Below, piece by piece: positions 48,160 through 57,125 of a stretch of DNA of 64,000 nucleotides. The notes below the pieces were generated by a model. It searched no databases, was not told where the DNA came from, and saw nothing but the letters and a program-made list of their open reading frames with translations. The position numbers and the translations under genes are program-made. The number at the start of each line of letters is the position of its first letter. Within the stretch, counting starts at the first letter, position 1. Source of the stretch: Candidatus Sumerlaea chitinivorans (GTDB taxonomy: Bacteria; Sumerlaeota; Sumerlaeia; Sumerlaeales; Sumerlaeaceae); assembly GCA_003290465.1 (NCBI GenBank), contig CP030759.1, forward strand, positions 2,083,980 to 2,147,979. Direction: 5' to 3'.

Positions 48160-48867
48160 ATGAAACTAATGAACTTGCTTTGCTTACAGCACGTGGAGTT
48201 CGAGGGCCCTGCCGCGATCTACGAATGGGCAAACAGCCGCGGCCATGGGTTAGAAATTCTCCGTATGAACAGCGGGGGGACGATGCCTGCGCTCAAGGAG
48301 TGGGATGGCCTCATCGTTCTCGGCGGCCCGATGAGTGTGCACGATGAGTCCACCATCCCTTGGATGCACATCGAAAAGGACTTTCTGCGACAAGCTGTGA
48401 GCGCAGGCAAGCGAGTGCTGGGCATTTGCCTCGGTGCACAACTCCTGGCAGAGGTGTTGGGTGGAGAGGTCCGCCGGGCTCCCAGCCGCGAAATCGGTTG
48501 GTTTCCGATCACGTGGACGAAGGAGGCTCTGCGTTCGCCCCTCGTGGCCGGTTTTCCTCCCACGATACTCGCCTTTCATTGGCATGGGGAAATGTTTTCC
48601 ATTCCCAAGGACGCGGTTGCCTTGGCTTCGAGTGCTGCCTGTCCCCACCAAGGCTTTTGGTATCCACCCCACGTGCTTGCGCTGCAATTCCATCTTGAGG
48701 CAACGACCGAGAGTATCCGAAGCCTGCTTCACCATTGCCCACACGATCTCGTCGCCGGTCCATGGTGCCAGACCGCCGACGAAATGGAGGCTGGGCTCCA
48801 TTATTGCGAGATAGCAAATTCGTACTTGTTTGCTTTACTGGATCGCTTCTTCGCGAAGAATCATTGA
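48160..48867 (+). CDS. Class I glutamine amidotransferase (GMP-synthase-like GATase1 domain protein)
   Basis: Nucleophile context GICLGAQLL and His context FHWHGEMF. ATG 48169 is an alternative start. Confidence 0.85.
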   Translation: MKLMNLLCLQHVEFEGPAAIYEWANSRGHGLEILRMNSGGTMPALKEWDGLIVLGGPMSVHDESTIPWMHIEKDFLRQAVSAGKRVLGICLGAQLLAEVLGGEVRRAPSREIGWFPITWTKEALRSPLVAGFPPTILAFHWHGEMFSIPKDAVALASSAACPHQGFWYPPHVLALQFHLEATTESIRSLLHHCPHDLVAGPWCQTADEMEAGLHYCEIANSYLFALLDRFFAKNH

Positions 48868-48919
48868 CCACGCCACCCAAAAACCTGCATGTGCCTCCCC
48901 CCCGCTGAATGGCACTGCA

Positions 48920-49390
48920 TCAAGGACTTTCGCTCAGCTTGGCGAGGAATTCCTCGTCACTGACCACCGCAAACCCTTCGCGCTGGAGGAGTGCGCTTGT
49001 CACGCCACACCCCGCCACTATACGACCGGTGAAAGTGCCATCGTAAATCCAATGGACCCCACACGAGGGACTTCGTTCTTTCAGGATGACCAGCTCCGCC
49101 TGAACGGTGCTTGCCAATCGCAAGACCTCGCGGGCTCCACGAAGGTAGTTCTCGGTGACATCTTGGCCCTTCTGGGTCAGTACCCGCGCCCGACCTTCCA
49201 GCACGGCATGCCCATCGCCACCAACTATTTCGGCGGGTGACCTTGGGGTCGGAAGACCACCTAATTGCTCTGGGCAAATCGGAATCAGCTCACCTGCGGC
49301 GGCAAGGCGCAGCAACTCCTCGCGCAAATTGTGACCCCCGCGCCACGTCACCTCGCATCCAAGCAAACATGCCGAGACCAGCTTAACCAT
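48920..49390 (-). CDS. DUF523 (2-thiouracil desulfurase-like) protein
   Basis: VSACLLGC...ICPEQLGGLPTPRSPAEI...KERSPSCG is the conserved three-Cys pattern of DUF523. Confidence 0.85.
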   Translation of the reverse strand: MVKLVSACLLGCEVTWRGGHNLREELLRLAAAGELIPICPEQLGGLPTPRSPAEIVGGDGHAVLEGRARVLTQKGQDVTENYLRGAREVLRLASTVQAELVILKERSPSCGVHWIYDGTFTGRIVAGCGVTSALLQREGFAVVSDEEFLAKLSESP

Positions 49391-49499
49391 TGCACCTTGT
49401 ATCTGTGAGTTTCATCGCAGGGCACAGATTTTCCACACGTATTCTTTAATGCGAAGCTCCCACCCTTGCTTTTCAGATGGTGGTCGCCTTCGCTTGAAA

Positions 49500-51485
49500 T
49501 TAAGGCGCGTCACGCCGTGCGTGGTGATTGAACACAAGATACGTTGTGTCCTGAAGCCCCCGCTCGTATTCTGCCAGCAAACGCATGCCTTCATTCGGGC
49601 GCAGGACGTCGGCCCGAATGGCCTCGTCCACCTGCTGTTTCATCCGGCGAGCAAGATCCACGGTGTGGTACTGCGTCAGTTCAAGCACTTGCGCCACGGA
49701 ATGACCGGGAATCGTTTCCTCAATGTAGAAGCCGCTCTCCTCATCTGGATCGAGGAAAATGTGGGCCTCGTTTACGCGCCCAAAGAGGTTGTGCAGGTCC
49801 CCCATGATGTCCTGATAGGCACCCGTCAGAAAGAAGCCAAGGTAATACGGCTCACCGTTGCGGAGGGGATGGAGCGGGAGCGCCTCGCGCACATTGCGGA
49901 GATCCGTGAATTTACACACCTTGCCATCAGAATCGCAGGTGATGTCCACCAGCGTTCCTTCGCACGTGGGGCGCTCGTTGAGACGATGCAGCGGCATGAT
50001 CGGGAAGAGCTGGCCTAACGCCCAGTGATCGAGCAACGATTGGAAGACACTGAAATTGCACACGTACTGATCCGCAATGTGCGGGGTAAGGTCCAGAACT
50101 TCTTCCGGAATTTCCTCTCCACTCGCCTTTTTCCGATCGCGGTAGTAATCCACAATTTCCTCGACCAAATGCCAGTAGAAGGTCTCGATTTTCGCTTTTG
50201 TGGGAAGGTCGAGGATTCCCAAATCGAAGGCGTTTTGGCTTTCTTCTTTGATTTGCTGAATATCGTGGAGCGCCTCGAGCGGGTTCTCAAAAAGCCGATC
50301 CTTGATCGCAGCGAGCTGTTTCACCCATTTGTGATCGCGGCGCCCGACCGTGAGATCGTATTCTGCTTTGGTTTTCTCAATCACTCCGATGACGCGTACA
50401 ACCAACAGCGAATGGTGCGCCACCACGGCCCGCCCACTTTCGCTGACGATGTCCGGGTGTTCGACCTGTTCCTCTTCGCAGACGTCCATGATGTTGTCCA
50501 CGATGTCCGCCGCGTACTCCTCGAGGGTATAGTTTGCCGAGGAGTGGAAATTTGTGCGGCTTCCATCGTAGTCTACGCCAAGACCGCCTCCGACGTCGAG
50601 ATAGTTCAGTCCGTCGCAGCCAAGCTTCCTGAGTTTGGCATAGTAACGTGCGGCCTCGCGGGTGGCGCGTTTGATGGCGAGAATGTCCGGAATTTGTGAG
50701 CCAACATGAAAATGCACCAACCGCAGTGTGTGGAGCGCATTCTGTGAGCGGAGATACTCGACCGCTTCCATCAAGTCCACCGTCGAGAGGCCAAATTTCG
50801 CATCCTCACCGCTCGACGTCGCCCAGATCCCAGAGCTTTTCGTCACGAGCCGCAACCGCACTCCAATCATCGGCTCCACATTCATCTCGCGTGCGATCTC
50901 TGAGATCATGCGGACTTCTTCAACTTTTTCCGCCACGAGGATGACCTTCTTGCCAAGGCGGTTGCCGATCAGGGCCAACCGCACAAATTGCGGATCCTTG
51001 TAGCCGTTGCAAATGATGAGAGCTTGAGGATCTTCGTGAAGGGCCAACGCAGCATAAAGCTCAGGCTTTGAGCCTGCCTCGATGCCATAGTGGTAGGGTG
51101 CTCCTGCGTCGATGATCTCTTCGACCACCTCGCGGAGCTGGTTAACTTTCACCGGATAGGTGCCACGATAATTCCCCTTGTAACCCAGCTCGGCAATGGC
51201 GGCATTGAAAGCCTCATTGAGTGCTACAACTCGATCCCGAAGAATGTCCTGAAATCGGAGAACTAGTGGCAGGTGCATGCCTTGCGCAAGAGCCTCGTCG
51301 AGCACCTGCATGACGTCAATCGTTGCGCCGTTTTCGCGTGCGGGCGCCACGACGACGTGCCCTTTCTCGTTGATGGAAAAGTAACCAGCTCCCCAACGAT
51401 CGACATTGTAGAGTGCGATCGCATCCCGAACTCCCCACCCGTTCGACACCTCTGGCGCGGCTCCAGCCGCCTCTGGCTCCTGCAT
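49500..51485 (-). CDS. speA: Biosynthetic arginine decarboxylase
   Basis: N-terminal WGAGYFSINEKGHVVV, PLP-dependent fold III core, and length and collinearity typical of SpeA. Confidence 0.95.
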   Translation of the reverse strand: MQEPEAAGAAPEVSNGWGVRDAIALYNVDRWGAGYFSINEKGHVVVAPARENGATIDVMQVLDEALAQGMHLPLVLRFQDILRDRVVALNEAFNAAIAELGYKGNYRGTYPVKVNQLREVVEEIIDAGAPYHYGIEAGSKPELYAALALHEDPQALIICNGYKDPQFVRLALIGNRLGKKVILVAEKVEEVRMISEIAREMNVEPMIGVRLRLVTKSSGIWATSSGEDAKFGLSTVDLMEAVEYLRSQNALHTLRLVHFHVGSQIPDILAIKRATREAARYYAKLRKLGCDGLNYLDVGGGLGVDYDGSRTNFHSSANYTLEEYAADIVDNIMDVCEEEQVEHPDIVSESGRAVVAHHSLLVVRVIGVIEKTKAEYDLTVGRRDHKWVKQLAAIKDRLFENPLEALHDIQQIKEESQNAFDLGILDLPTKAKIETFYWHLVEEIVDYYRDRKKASGEEIPEEVLDLTPHIADQYVCNFSVFQSLLDHWALGQLFPIMPLHRLNERPTCEGTLVDITCDSDGKVCKFTDLRNVREALPLHPLRNGEPYYLGFFLTGAYQDIMGDLHNLFGRVNEAHIFLDPDEESGFYIEETIPGHSVAQVLELTQYHTVDLARRMKQQVDEAIRADVLRPNEGMRLLAEYERGLQDTTYLVFNHHARRDAP

Positions 51486-51616
51486 CTCGTCTGCCGTTCC
51501 ACCTCGCTCAAGTCATCTCGAACAAACCTGTCAATGAAGGTCAGCGGGGAAATGATACACCCCCAGCGGAAATCACAAACGATTTTTTTTCATTTTTTTG
51601 TGCAGGATGCAGAAAA

Positions 51617-53320
51617 CTACCGTGTCCCCGCCGCAGAGAGAATCTTGTCCGAGGCAACGGAGTTTCCTGATTTTGCCGTGGCCGCCCCTATGTCCGCGAC
51701 ACGTTCGTACACATAAACCGTCCCCTTGCCCCATCCGGAGGCATGGGTCTTCGTCACATAGCGGAATCTCTCATTGAACCACGGGGAACGTCGGGAGGCA
51801 AACCAATCCTCCAGACACACAATGAAGTCAGGCCGCAAAATCTCGATTACCGGATCCACAATGGCATTGTTGGCTTTCTTATCCCGTTTATAGTACTCCA
51901 CCGCTGCCGGAGTCACTAATCCAAACGTGTCATACACACGCGCATGGGGCAGGTAAAACGCGATGATTCCCACCTCTGCGGTGAGAACACGGTCACGGCT
52001 ACCGGGCTGGATCCTTGGCGCCAAGCGCTTCGCCGCTTCTGCGTATGCCAACTCACGCGTTGGAGGGATGAAACCCAACTGCATTTGCGAGGGAAGGATG
52101 CTTTCTAATTTCAGGGTCTCATTGACCTCATGCCAAAAGTAGGCTTGGTTCGCGACCAGAAAGAAGGCACCGATCACCGACAATTTCGCTGGACGCAACC
52201 ACCGCCACTCGCGACAGAGGGGAACCAGTTCGGCTTGCAAGCGAGCTAAGTATCTTACGCCTGCGACCAAACATAGCACTGTAAATGGAGCCACGGGCAG
52301 GATATACCACCCAAAGAACAGCGTGTCGGCAAACGCGTAACCAATCGCTAAAGTTGCTACAAATGCCGGCATAACCAGCCACTCGCGCCCATACCGCTTG
52401 AGTTCGGCCACCCCCATCCCCAACAACACAAAGATTGGGAGAGCGGCTGCAAAGGTCAGATATAAGTAGTCAGCTTTCGCGTGGCTTTTAGAGAAGAAAC
52501 CACTGAAATAGTTCAGCATGTTCATGCCGTTTGGCCAGTAGAGAGCACGCTGAATCACACGGTCGAGCCAGTCGCCATTCCAGTCAAACGAACTGTAGGC
52601 AACGCTTTTCGCGCGTACGGAATTGGGAATAACGCTTCCGAAATAGAGCCATGCGAAAATTGCCCATGCGGCCACCGGCACGGCCGCGATGGCCACCGTT
52701 CGCCACCGAATCGGCACTCGCTTCGCGTACAGTGCCGCCGTCAGGAAAAACCACAAGAGGACCCCTTCGGGGCGCGTCAGTGTGGCAAGGGAAGTGCAGC
52801 CGTAGGCGAGCCCTTGGCGATTGGTCAGCGCACCCCATACGCCAACCACCACGAGCATCGTAAAAAAGGGCGACTCCATTCCCAGCGTGGACAGCACCAC
52901 ATTGTCTGGAACCATCGCGAACATGAGGCCGCACGCCAACCCGATCACTCGATGCCGCCACACCGCCCGCGCCAACATGTAGACAAAGATTGCGGTAACA
53001 CTGTCACTGGCCAAGCTCACAACGTTGGCGACAAGCGGTAGGCGTGGAGTCCCAAACAAAATCGACGCCACGGCCATGAGCATCGTGAAAAAAGGCGTCG
53101 TCGTGCCCAGCACACGTTCTCCCACATTGAAAACGAAGCCCCGACCATGCGCTAAGTTGTCCGCATAGCGAAACGTGATATAGGCGTCATCCGTCGTGGG
53201 CCAACCAAACGCTAACCGCAGGGCAACCGTTGCAAAGACGAGTACTCCCCCGTAAACAAAATCGCGTGCATCGATTCGAAAACGTTTCATGGGATAATCT
53301 CTTTTCTCCACGCTAAGCAT
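51617..53320 (-). CDS. Polytopic GT-C-type membrane glycosyltransferase (ArnT/PMT-like)
   Basis: About a dozen TM helices. The first loop carries DDAYITFRYADNLAHGRGFVFN, a GT-C style acidic motif. ATG 53290 is an alternative start. Confidence 0.7.
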   Translation of the reverse strand: MLSVEKRDYPMKRFRIDARDFVYGGVLVFATVALRLAFGWPTTDDAYITFRYADNLAHGRGFVFNVGERVLGTTTPFFTMLMAVASILFGTPRLPLVANVVSLASDSVTAIFVYMLARAVWRHRVIGLACGLMFAMVPDNVVLSTLGMESPFFTMLVVVGVWGALTNRQGLAYGCTSLATLTRPEGVLLWFFLTAALYAKRVPIRWRTVAIAAVPVAAWAIFAWLYFGSVIPNSVRAKSVAYSSFDWNGDWLDRVIQRALYWPNGMNMLNYFSGFFSKSHAKADYLYLTFAAALPIFVLLGMGVAELKRYGREWLVMPAFVATLAIGYAFADTLFFGWYILPVAPFTVLCLVAGVRYLARLQAELVPLCREWRWLRPAKLSVIGAFFLVANQAYFWHEVNETLKLESILPSQMQLGFIPPTRELAYAEAAKRLAPRIQPGSRDRVLTAEVGIIAFYLPHARVYDTFGLVTPAAVEYYKRDKKANNAIVDPVIEILRPDFIVCLEDWFASRRSPWFNERFRYVTKTHASGWGKGTVYVYERVADIGAATAKSGNSVASDKILSAAGTR

Positions 53321-53696
53321 AGCTCCTTGCTCCCATATCCCCCGAAATGGTGAGGCAAGGGTAAAGTACGCCTTTGAGGTTTATCCCGGAAACTATGCGA
53401 CTTTTCCCCCATGCCTTGCTTCACTGTGTTCACTTTTTCCATTCTCCTTGTCAAGCGCTTTTCGTGGTGCGCCATGCCCATGGCATAGTCTTCTTAATCA
53501 AACTTGTTCGAATTGCCTTGCGGAAAGCATGCGCTCCTCCCCAAGTGAGCGCCGATTCCTTGAAAAGGAATTGAGAACAAAGGTAGTAAAGTGGACGGTG
53601 CGCCTGCGCGTCGGGAAATGCTTAGTTGGGCAAACCCGCGCAGGAAAATTTGATGACGCCTTCTTTAAATAGTTGGCTGCAGGAAGTCCGTAGGGA

Positions 53697-54407
53697 ATGA
53701 GCTCAAAATCACGCGTTGTTATCGTAGCCGGAGGGGAAGGCGGAGAGCGAACCGCTCGTTATGCGGCAGAGCTTGAGCGGATTCTCGAGCCTTTGTGTCA
53801 GCCGGAGATTTTTACCGGTGCAGATGCTTTCAAACACTTGGGACGCTGTCGTCTTCTCATCTTGTTGGGACAACACGACATCCAAACACTTGGTGACCAA
53901 CATCAACCCCTCACGTATGCCCACAAGCAATGTTTCGGGGGGTACGTCTCTTCGGGTCGCCCCATCGTCGTTGTGGGCGCAGCCATCCGAAGCTTTTCCG
54001 AGTGGCCGCGGTTTGCTGAGCTCATTGGCTTTCAGCTCGAGAAACCTCCGGCAAACCAGAGTTTCTCCGACAAACACACTCTTGCTCTCCACGATGAGGA
54101 ACATCCCATCATTCAGGGAGTGCAGCACGTGCCGGGGACCGCTCTTTGGACGGGCATTCCTGTCCCAACTGGAGGCGTAGAAATGACCGTCGTTGCAAGC
54201 ACGTGGTATGACTCAGCCCACATTCCCGTCGTTGCTATCGGCGAAGGGGGAGCCCGACCCGGTGCTGGTCCCAGCTGCTACTTAGCCCTACGTGACGCCC
54301 CCGAAACACTCCAAGATCCCACACTCAGAAGTCTGTGGCGAAACACGGTAACGTGGGCACTGGAAGAGGGGCACTCTGCCTCGCTGGCGGGCGCTGAAAA
54401 GCAATAA
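53697..54407 (+). CDS. ThuA-like (class I GATase-fold) domain protein
   Basis: The pattern GRPIVVVGAAIRSFSEWPRFAELIGFQ ... DEEHPIIQGV ... LRSLWRNTVTWAL resembles ThuA-domain proteins. Call is from memory. Confidence 0.6.
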   Translation: MSSKSRVVIVAGGEGGERTARYAAELERILEPLCQPEIFTGADAFKHLGRCRLLILLGQHDIQTLGDQHQPLTYAHKQCFGGYVSSGRPIVVVGAAIRSFSEWPRFAELIGFQLEKPPANQSFSDKHTLALHDEEHPIIQGVQHVPGTALWTGIPVPTGGVEMTVVASTWYDSAHIPVVAIGEGGARPGAGPSCYLALRDAPETLQDPTLRSLWRNTVTWALEEGHSASLAGAEKQ

Positions 54408-54451
54408 GTAGCAGTGCAAGTTGCGGCCGATGTTTCAGATGGTGAACGTAT

Positions 54452-54483
54452 TGCGGACGCGGCGGCACCTTGGCGTCCACGCA
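54452..54483. terminator. Hairpin between convergent ThuA-like and pseudopilin genes (no U-tract)
   Basis: TGCGGACGC, 12-nt loop, GCGTCC(AC)GCA. Nine bp with a 2-nt bulge. No flanking T or A run on either strand. Confidence 0.25.
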
Positions 54484-54503
54484 AGTCTCAGCTGCGCACC
54501 CAA

Positions 54504-55145
54504 TTACGGTAGCTGATAATCGCTCAGCCGGAAGATATCCCCGTTGCTAACGGTCCCGTTGGTCGGGTCGTACTGAATGTATTTGAAGGTGGTTGCGTTT
54601 ACGATTGCCCCACTGTCGGAAAACAATGCCGGTGAATACCCCGGATAAAAACGAAGGGCCTGATTATCCGGCTCCCAGTCGTTGGTGTCGTCATTATCAG
54701 CCCCACCGCCGGGGTTTGCACTCGAATACGTGTCAATGTCCGTATCCGGCCCCACACTCGCCAAGGCATAGCGCCACGGTGAATCAATCGGCATCGCCCC
54801 GTAGCGATACCAGCGTTGGCGCTGGGGGCCGGGGCCCGTTGCCTGCTGCACGCGGAAAACATCCCGCGGCACCGAGGAGATGTATTGGATGGGAGTCGTG
54901 ATCACCAGCAAGCGCGTGAAGATGTCGGGATAAGAGTTCCAGTCCACGCGATACTGCTCGAGCGCCCCGGCCATAGTGCGCATATCGGCTTTCGCACGAG
55001 CCACCTTCGAACGAACCTGAGCTTCCAAGAAATTAGGAACGGCAATCGCTGAAAGAATCGCGATGATGGCAACAACGATCAGAAGTTCAATGAGTGTAAA
55101 GGCTTTGATCATGGAACGACAAGACATACGTTTGGCGTTGGCCAT
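54504..55145 (-). CDS. GspG-like pseudopilin (prepilin-type N-terminal cleavage/methylation domain)
   Basis: Basic leader, then AFTLIELLIVVAIIAILSAIAVPNF, then a GspG-like body (KADMRTMAGALEQYRVDWNSYP). ATG 55145 with GGAGG 8 nt upstream. The longer ORF-track N-terminus overlaps the upstream gene. Confidence 0.85.
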   Translation of the reverse strand: MANAKRMSCRSMIKAFTLIELLIVVAIIAILSAIAVPNFLEAQVRSKVARAKADMRTMAGALEQYRVDWNSYPDIFTRLLVITTPIQYISSVPRDVFRVQQATGPGPQRQRWYRYGAMPIDSPWRYALASVGPDTDIDTYSSANPGGGADNDDTNDWEPDNQALRFYPGYSPALFSDSGAIVNATTFKYIQYDPTNGTVSNGDIFRLSDYQLP

Positions 55146-55146
55146 T

Positions 55147-55824
55147 TCAGTTTCCTCCCCGAGTCGGCGCGTTTGAGTTTCCACCCGGATTCTGGCCGGG
55201 ATTTTGCGGTGAATTTTGGCCCTGATTTGGCCTGCCGCCTCCACCGCGTCCGCCCGGACCCCGGTTGCCAAATCGCTCGCGGCGTTTCTCGAGGTACCGC
55301 TGATACTCGGCATCGCCGAGAGCGGCTTTCACCTTTGCCTCGCGCTTCGACCGTTGCTGCTGGAAATACTCGCGCAGTTTTTGTCTCTGGTCGTCACTCA
55401 AGACCTTTTGCATTTCCTCGCGCAGCTCACGCATCTGCGGGTTGCCGCCGTCGCCACGACCTCCGCCGAATCCACCAAATCCGCCCATCATCATGCCGGG
55501 TGGAGGTCCATCGCCAAAGCGCCCTCCTTGGCGCGGCCCGGTTGTCATTTGCTCCCGCAGCTTCATCATCTTATCGCGCAGCTCTTCGAGCTTCTTTTGC
55601 TGTTCTGGCGTGATGTTCGCGTAAGCCGCCGCCTCCTTCATCATTTCTTGCATTTGCTGAGGCGAGGGCGGCTGGAATTCGTCCGTGACACCATTGTTCG
55701 CCACCGCCCCGGGTCGCACCTGATTGACACGGTAGAATCCATAGCCTCCGGCCGCAATGATGAGGACAATGCTAATCACCAACTTCGCAAGGCTATGATC
55801 TTTGGCTTCTTGCTGAGGGCGCAT
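55147..55824 (-). CDS. Membrane-anchored Spy/CpxP-like (LTXXQ-motif) protein with Gly/Pro/Gln-rich low-complexity regions
   Basis: TM anchor LAKLVISIVLIIAAGGYGFY, LTXXQ-like helices ITPEQQKKLEEL and LSDDQRQKLREYF, and glycine tracts GGFGGFGGGRGDGG and GPGGRGGGGRP. ATG 55824 with AAAGGAG 8 nt upstream. Confidence 0.65.
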   Translation of the reverse strand: MRPQQEAKDHSLAKLVISIVLIIAAGGYGFYRVNQVRPGAVANNGVTDEFQPPSPQQMQEMMKEAAAYANITPEQQKKLEELRDKMMKLREQMTTGPRQGGRFGDGPPPGMMMGGFGGFGGGRGDGGNPQMRELREEMQKVLSDDQRQKLREYFQQQRSKREAKVKAALGDAEYQRYLEKRRERFGNRGPGGRGGGGRPNQGQNSPQNPGQNPGGNSNAPTRGGN

Positions 55825-56107
55825 CGGAGCCACTCCTTTCTCGTTCTCAACTACCCTGGCGCGAGTGGCTTTTCTGGTGAGAGGCAATAAAAACGTAGCC
55901 GCTTCACACCTTTTTATTCACCCCATTGCCTTGGCCAAATCAAGTAACATTGTAAGCTCGCAGACATCTGTTTTTTCTTTTTTTACGAATCAGCGTTTCG
56001 AAGGTGCCGTGCTGCAAACTCCCCCAGCGCTCCCTGCATCCGGGAAAAACTTGCTCTTTGCGCTCGCCGCTGCACCTCGAATCGGATCCGTGTGAGTGCC
56101 TGCCGGG

Positions 56108-56902
56108 CTAATCCTCAAGCTGAGAACCCACAGCTGGCTCCTCCTCCGCTGTAAGTTGAAGGAAAAGGTCCTCAAGGTCGGCCTGACTGCTTTGCTGGCG
56201 CGCCCGCAGCTCTTCAATCGTTCCGACGAACAGGAGCTGCCCTCGATGAATGATTCCGATACGATCGGCCAGTTCCTCGGCCACGGCCAATTGGTGCAGG
56301 GACAGGAATATAGTCTTCCCTGCCCGAGCCTGCTCGCGCATAAGATCTTTCAGAATTCTGGAGCTTTTGGGATCGAGCCCGACTAGTGGCTCATCGACGA
56401 TCACGACCTCCGGGTCGTGCATGAGGGCGACGCTCACCACCAATTTCTGCCGCATGCCGTGACTGTAGTTTTCGATGAGCTTATCCGCCGCGCTTTCCAG
56501 CCCAAACAGACGAAAGTAATGCGCCATGCGCTGCTCTTGGATTGGCCGCGGGATTGAAAATAAATCGCCCACAAAGCGGAAAAAGTCGGCACCCGTCAGC
56601 TTCTCGTAAAGGTACGGATGATCGGGGATGAACCCCGTGCGTCTTTTTGCCTCTACGGGGTCGCGCTGGATATCGTAGCCGGCGACCCAAGCACGGCCTT
56701 CCGTCGGGCGGATGAGTCCCGCCAGCACCTTCATCGTCGTGGTTTTGCCCGCCCCATTCGGCCCAAGAAAAATGAACAGTTCGCCGCGGCGCACCCGCAG
56801 GTCGAGATTTTGCACCGCGACGACATCCTCGTAGCGTTTGGTCAGCCCTTCGATGATAATGCCATACTCGCCCGCATCGGGGTGGCGCGTTGTTTCGCTC
56901 AA
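56108..56902 (-). CDS. ABC transporter ATP-binding protein (ABC-2/DrrA-like)
   Basis: Walker A GPNGAGKTT, signature-like SHGMRQK, Walker B VVIVDEPLVGLD. Apparent TTG start 4 nt after the DUF2905 stop. Confidence 0.9.
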   Translation of the reverse strand: MSETTRHPDAGEYGIIIEGLTKRYEDVVAVQNLDLRVRRGELFIFLGPNGAGKTTTMKVLAGLIRPTEGRAWVAGYDIQRDPVEAKRRTGFIPDHPYLYEKLTGADFFRFVGDLFSIPRPIQEQRMAHYFRLFGLESAADKLIENYSHGMRQKLVVSVALMHDPEVVIVDEPLVGLDPKSSRILKDLMREQARAGKTIFLSLHQLAVAEELADRIGIIHRGQLLFVGTIEELRARQQSSQADLEDLFLQLTAEEEPAVGSQLED

Positions 56903-56906
56903 GGGA

Positions 56907-57125
56907 TCAACGTCCTCGCATAAACAGATTGAGCAGAATCGTCACGAGAATGCTCAGCAAAATGCTGGTCGTAATGGGAAAGTGAAACGAAAAGTTCCGC
57001 CGCTGGATGTGGATGTCGCCCGGAAGGCGCCCGAGCCAAGGCAGCTTCTCCATGCCGATGAAGAGAAGACCTGCAAGGACCAACACGATGCCCATAACGA
57101 TGAGTAATTTCCCCACACCCATCAT
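56907..57125 (-). CDS. DUF2905 small membrane protein
   Basis: 72 aa with two hydrophobic segments flanking LPGDIHIQRRNFSFHFPI, which is the family signature as I remember it. The ATG overlaps the upstream stop (ATGA). Confidence 0.8.
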   Translation of the reverse strand: MMGVGKLLIVMGIVLVLAGLLFIGMEKLPWLGRLPGDIHIQRRNFSFHFPITTSILLSILVTILLNLFMRGR

